64,000 bases of DNA, taken from Octopus sinensis. Lineage: Eukaryota. The DNA lies in contig NC_042999.1 in NCBI RefSeq assembly GCF_006345805.1, positions 141,980,001 to 142,044,000 of the forward strand. The letters run 5' to 3'. Of the stretch, positions 63,377 to 64,000 are shown piece by piece. The translations under genes and the position numbers were made by a program. Every line of letters begins with the position of its first letter. Position 1 is the stretch's first letter. The notes beneath the pieces were generated by a model. The model had not been told where the DNA came from. It ran no database searches and was given only the letters and a program-made list of their open reading frames with translations.

Positions 63377-64000
63377 ACTCTCTCTCTCTCACTTCTCTCC
63401 CTATCTTTCTCTCTTTCTCTTTTTCTGTCTCTCTGTTTATTATATCGTTATGATTTCTCGCCTCTATGCTCTTCGACGAAGTCTCTTGTGATATTTGTTC
63501 TGCACCGTGTATAATTACTCTTTGTAATTGTCAATGTCAGAAATACAGTAAATTAGTGATTGTTTCGTTGCCTACCGGTAACAAGCGTCGCTGTTGTTTA
63601 CTAAAGGTGATATAAAATAAACCATACAAGTATTTGTGTGTGTCTGTGTGTGTGTGTGTTAAATGCAAGCTTAATAAATGTCCAAATATTTTGTTATTCA
63701 AAGTGTACAAATAATGATCAAATATTGATGTCTTGATTTCAATCGTACCATTTTAAATTTACCAAAACCATCTTACCTATTGTATTATAAGCAAGGGGAA
63801 AAATGAATGAAAACAATAAAAAATATCTGACATACTTGATGTTTTCTTTTTGTCTTTTTGCAAGCTTGTTTCCGCCATTATATCTTCTGGAATTTTTTAA
63901 TTGCCCAACCATATTGGGTTTCTTCCGGCTCCTCAAAAGTGTTACATTACATTTGTCTGTCGACAATTTCTTTATCATAAAATTCATTTTTAAAAAAATC

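Noticed and set aside
1-64000. CRISPR arrays, rRNA genes, operons or other prokaryotic systems
   Set aside because: None seen. The sequence is eukaryotic with spliceosomal introns, and the regularly recurring motifs are SINE copies or microsatellites.

Overview
AT-rich, microsatellite- and retroposon-dense animal genomic DNA. The SINE families and overall texture suggest an octopus/coleoid cephalopod (inference, not database-checked). Two intron-containing plus-strand genes can be built by hand. (1) A BTB/POZ-domain gene (exons 1085-1247 and 2212-3228/3234, possibly 849-895). (2) A 7-exon gene (9790-24199) for an uncharacterised 173-aa protein ending W-x6-PLW*, whose model needs a GC-AG intron. 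About 1-34 kb is CpG-poor except for a CpG-rich promoter-like patch at about 9.2-10.4 kb. From about 34.2 kb onward CpG is common and no protein-coding gene is recognisable. Mobile DNA: a Tigger/pogo fragment, an internally inverted DD41D mariner relic, a young CR1 3' fragment with an intact RT frame, decayed RTE LINEs, an internally deleted Tx1-like LINE, a HERO-like 3' end, a piggyBac-type MITE, non-autonomous Helitrons and many tRNA-derived SINEs. The most striking non-obvious signal is four minimal type I hammerhead ribozyme motifs: two facing each other in a 300-bp foldback, and two in a (TA)n-associated repeat. Each carries a different core lesion, and the copies within each pair complement one another. 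Also present: several long hairpins, a 620-bp local duplication, a pair of convergent paralogous exon-intron-exon units, and a weakly supported minus-strand gene at about 27.8-34 kb. All alignments and translations were done by eye; repeat boundaries are approximate.
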